A stretch of 64,000 bases of DNA from Laetmonice hystrix (lineage: Eukaryota): assembly GCA_965235115.1 (NCBI GenBank), contig OZ249439.1, positions 16,492,001 to 16,556,000 on the forward strand, given 5' to 3'. Made by a program: the position numbers and the translations under genes. The notes below the pieces were generated by a model. The model made no database searches and was not told where the DNA came from. It saw nothing but the letters and a program-made list of their open reading frames with translations. Shown here piece after piece: positions 62,601 through 64,000 of this stretch (positions are counted from its first letter, which is position 1; each line of letters opens with the position of its first letter).

Positions 62601-64000
62601 AGGTGTAGGTCTGAACAGGAGTCGGCTGTAGACACAATGATGGCGAAAAGGTCGGTGGAGAGAACCCTGTCATACAACAACACATTTCTAGTATTCCCTT
62701 TCCATGCCTCGCAAAGGTTGTTTGAGGCCCACCCAGACTCTTCCAGCTAACTGCCACGGTCCTGTTCTTACTCACTCGCACCCTAACAGTGCAGGTTGGC
62801 GGCTAAGCTGTATTGTCTCCTATTTCTATTCACATTCCTGCAGTATACCACATGGCCACCCATATCTCACACATAATAAACTTCTGTCTTCAACACTTGC
62901 CTCCACCCTTTTTGGAGTGTACGGTACCGCGGTGCAACTTTCAAATATGTACAGCCGTAAATTCATGGTGTCAATCTCTATAATATTAAATAATATAACT
63001 TATATTTAGACGAAAAACGATGCGGGAAGATGATAAGATAATGAGTAAGTGTTATTTCCTGATTCCTGTATCAAATCTAATTAATTCATGGCGTAGGCAA
63101 TCAACTCAGTTACTGTACACAGACCTCTTGTTTTGTGTACATTATGGAAGGTATAATGGTGACCAAGGACCGGTGATATGAAGGCAGCCATATCCCAGAA
63201 GTAGTCCTGTAGGCTATAGGTCTGGTGGTTAGCAGACTGACGGCCCGTCTGCAGTTTGATAATATCCATAGGCACGTACTCTATTATTTACAAGTGTGGT
63301 GAAACGTGAAGTGGTGATAAAATCAACAAATCAAACCTGCACTGTGCCCATCGTACTCTTGTTTGGGGGCGGGGGATTACCAGTGTATTCTGAGCTGGTC
63401 GAGTTTAACACAATGACTCATAGATATTGTGTGATATTCTTTTAACTATGCAGGCATGAAAGTTTTAGATCCTTCGTCCTTGGGGATATAATTCTTCCAC
63501 TAATCGTATAAATCATAGTCACAGTGTGGCATTTTCCTCCTAAAATATATAAAAATCATTGAATATGAACATGCTTTACTCACAATATTAGCATGCAGAA
63601 CTGGACAGTTAGGCTGCCTAGTTAAAATATAGGTTAGTTAGGCTGGTCATGATCCGGTAATGAGCAACAGCGGTCCTAGACTGACCTTGCCAATCTGGTC
63701 ATGTTTTTGTTGCCAGTGCAAGCCAAGAGGCAGTGACATAGGCATATATATACAAACTTAGAATGTGCTACCATGCAGTCATGATGTGCACCATATCCAG
63801 GGGAAGAATGGTTGGTGGCACCTCGCAAGTACAGAGAACTGAAGCGTTGCTGTGTCAGTGACACACTTCTTCTGCAACAGTGGCCGTCATATCGGCTGGC
63901 CGTGTGTTCTGACCTAATGTGTAGGTAATATATGCTCAGAACATATGGCGCACTCCCTCAGTCACGGTACGAACAGCTGGTGACAAAATTAACGCAGATT

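Noticed and set aside
55773-63864. Scattered 60-141 aa ORFs in the JADE 3' region and FCHSD intron
   Set aside because: No homology, no FCHSD exon 3 signature, and no retroelement motifs recognised.
1-64000. rRNA, tRNA, CRISPR arrays and prokaryotic systems
   Set aside because: None seen; the DNA is spliceosomal-intron-containing eukaryotic sequence with no cloverleaf or repeat-spacer pattern.

Overview
Eukaryotic genomic DNA from a bilaterian invertebrate (short spliceosomal introns, many G/C homopolymer tracts; species not determinable from the sequence). Genes: (1) a two-coding-exon, 774-aa class A GPCR on the minus strand (17249->14585) with an aminergic-type scaffold but degenerate ligand-binding and activation motifs and a ~430-aa third intracellular loop; (2) THOC2 on the plus strand (visible CDS 21663-37152, 30 exons including two U12-type introns), whose first ~290 codons I could not find in the window, so the GPCR may be nested antisense in a very large THOC2 intron; (3) a single-coding-exon 909-aa protein with AT-hooks and 10 C2H2 fingers on the minus strand (44784->42055); (4) a JADE/PHF17-family gene (CDS 48200-54715) head-to-head with (3); (5) the first two coding exons of an FCHSD1/2 (Nervous wreck) orthologue (59451/59460-59688). 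Non-autonomous DNA transposons include a TTAA-flanked Kolobok-like MITE with a perfect 24-bp internal palindrome and, in the putative JADE intron 1, a nest of two elements with perfect 8-bp TSDs, arrayed TIRs and the same asymmetric termini. Most notable: the atypical GPCR with a SILK+RVxF PP1-docking module, the nested transposons, the terminal U12 intron that would switch the THOC2 C-terminus, and a possible KH-like domain on the zinc-finger protein. All homology statements rest on my recall of the families; no searches were run.
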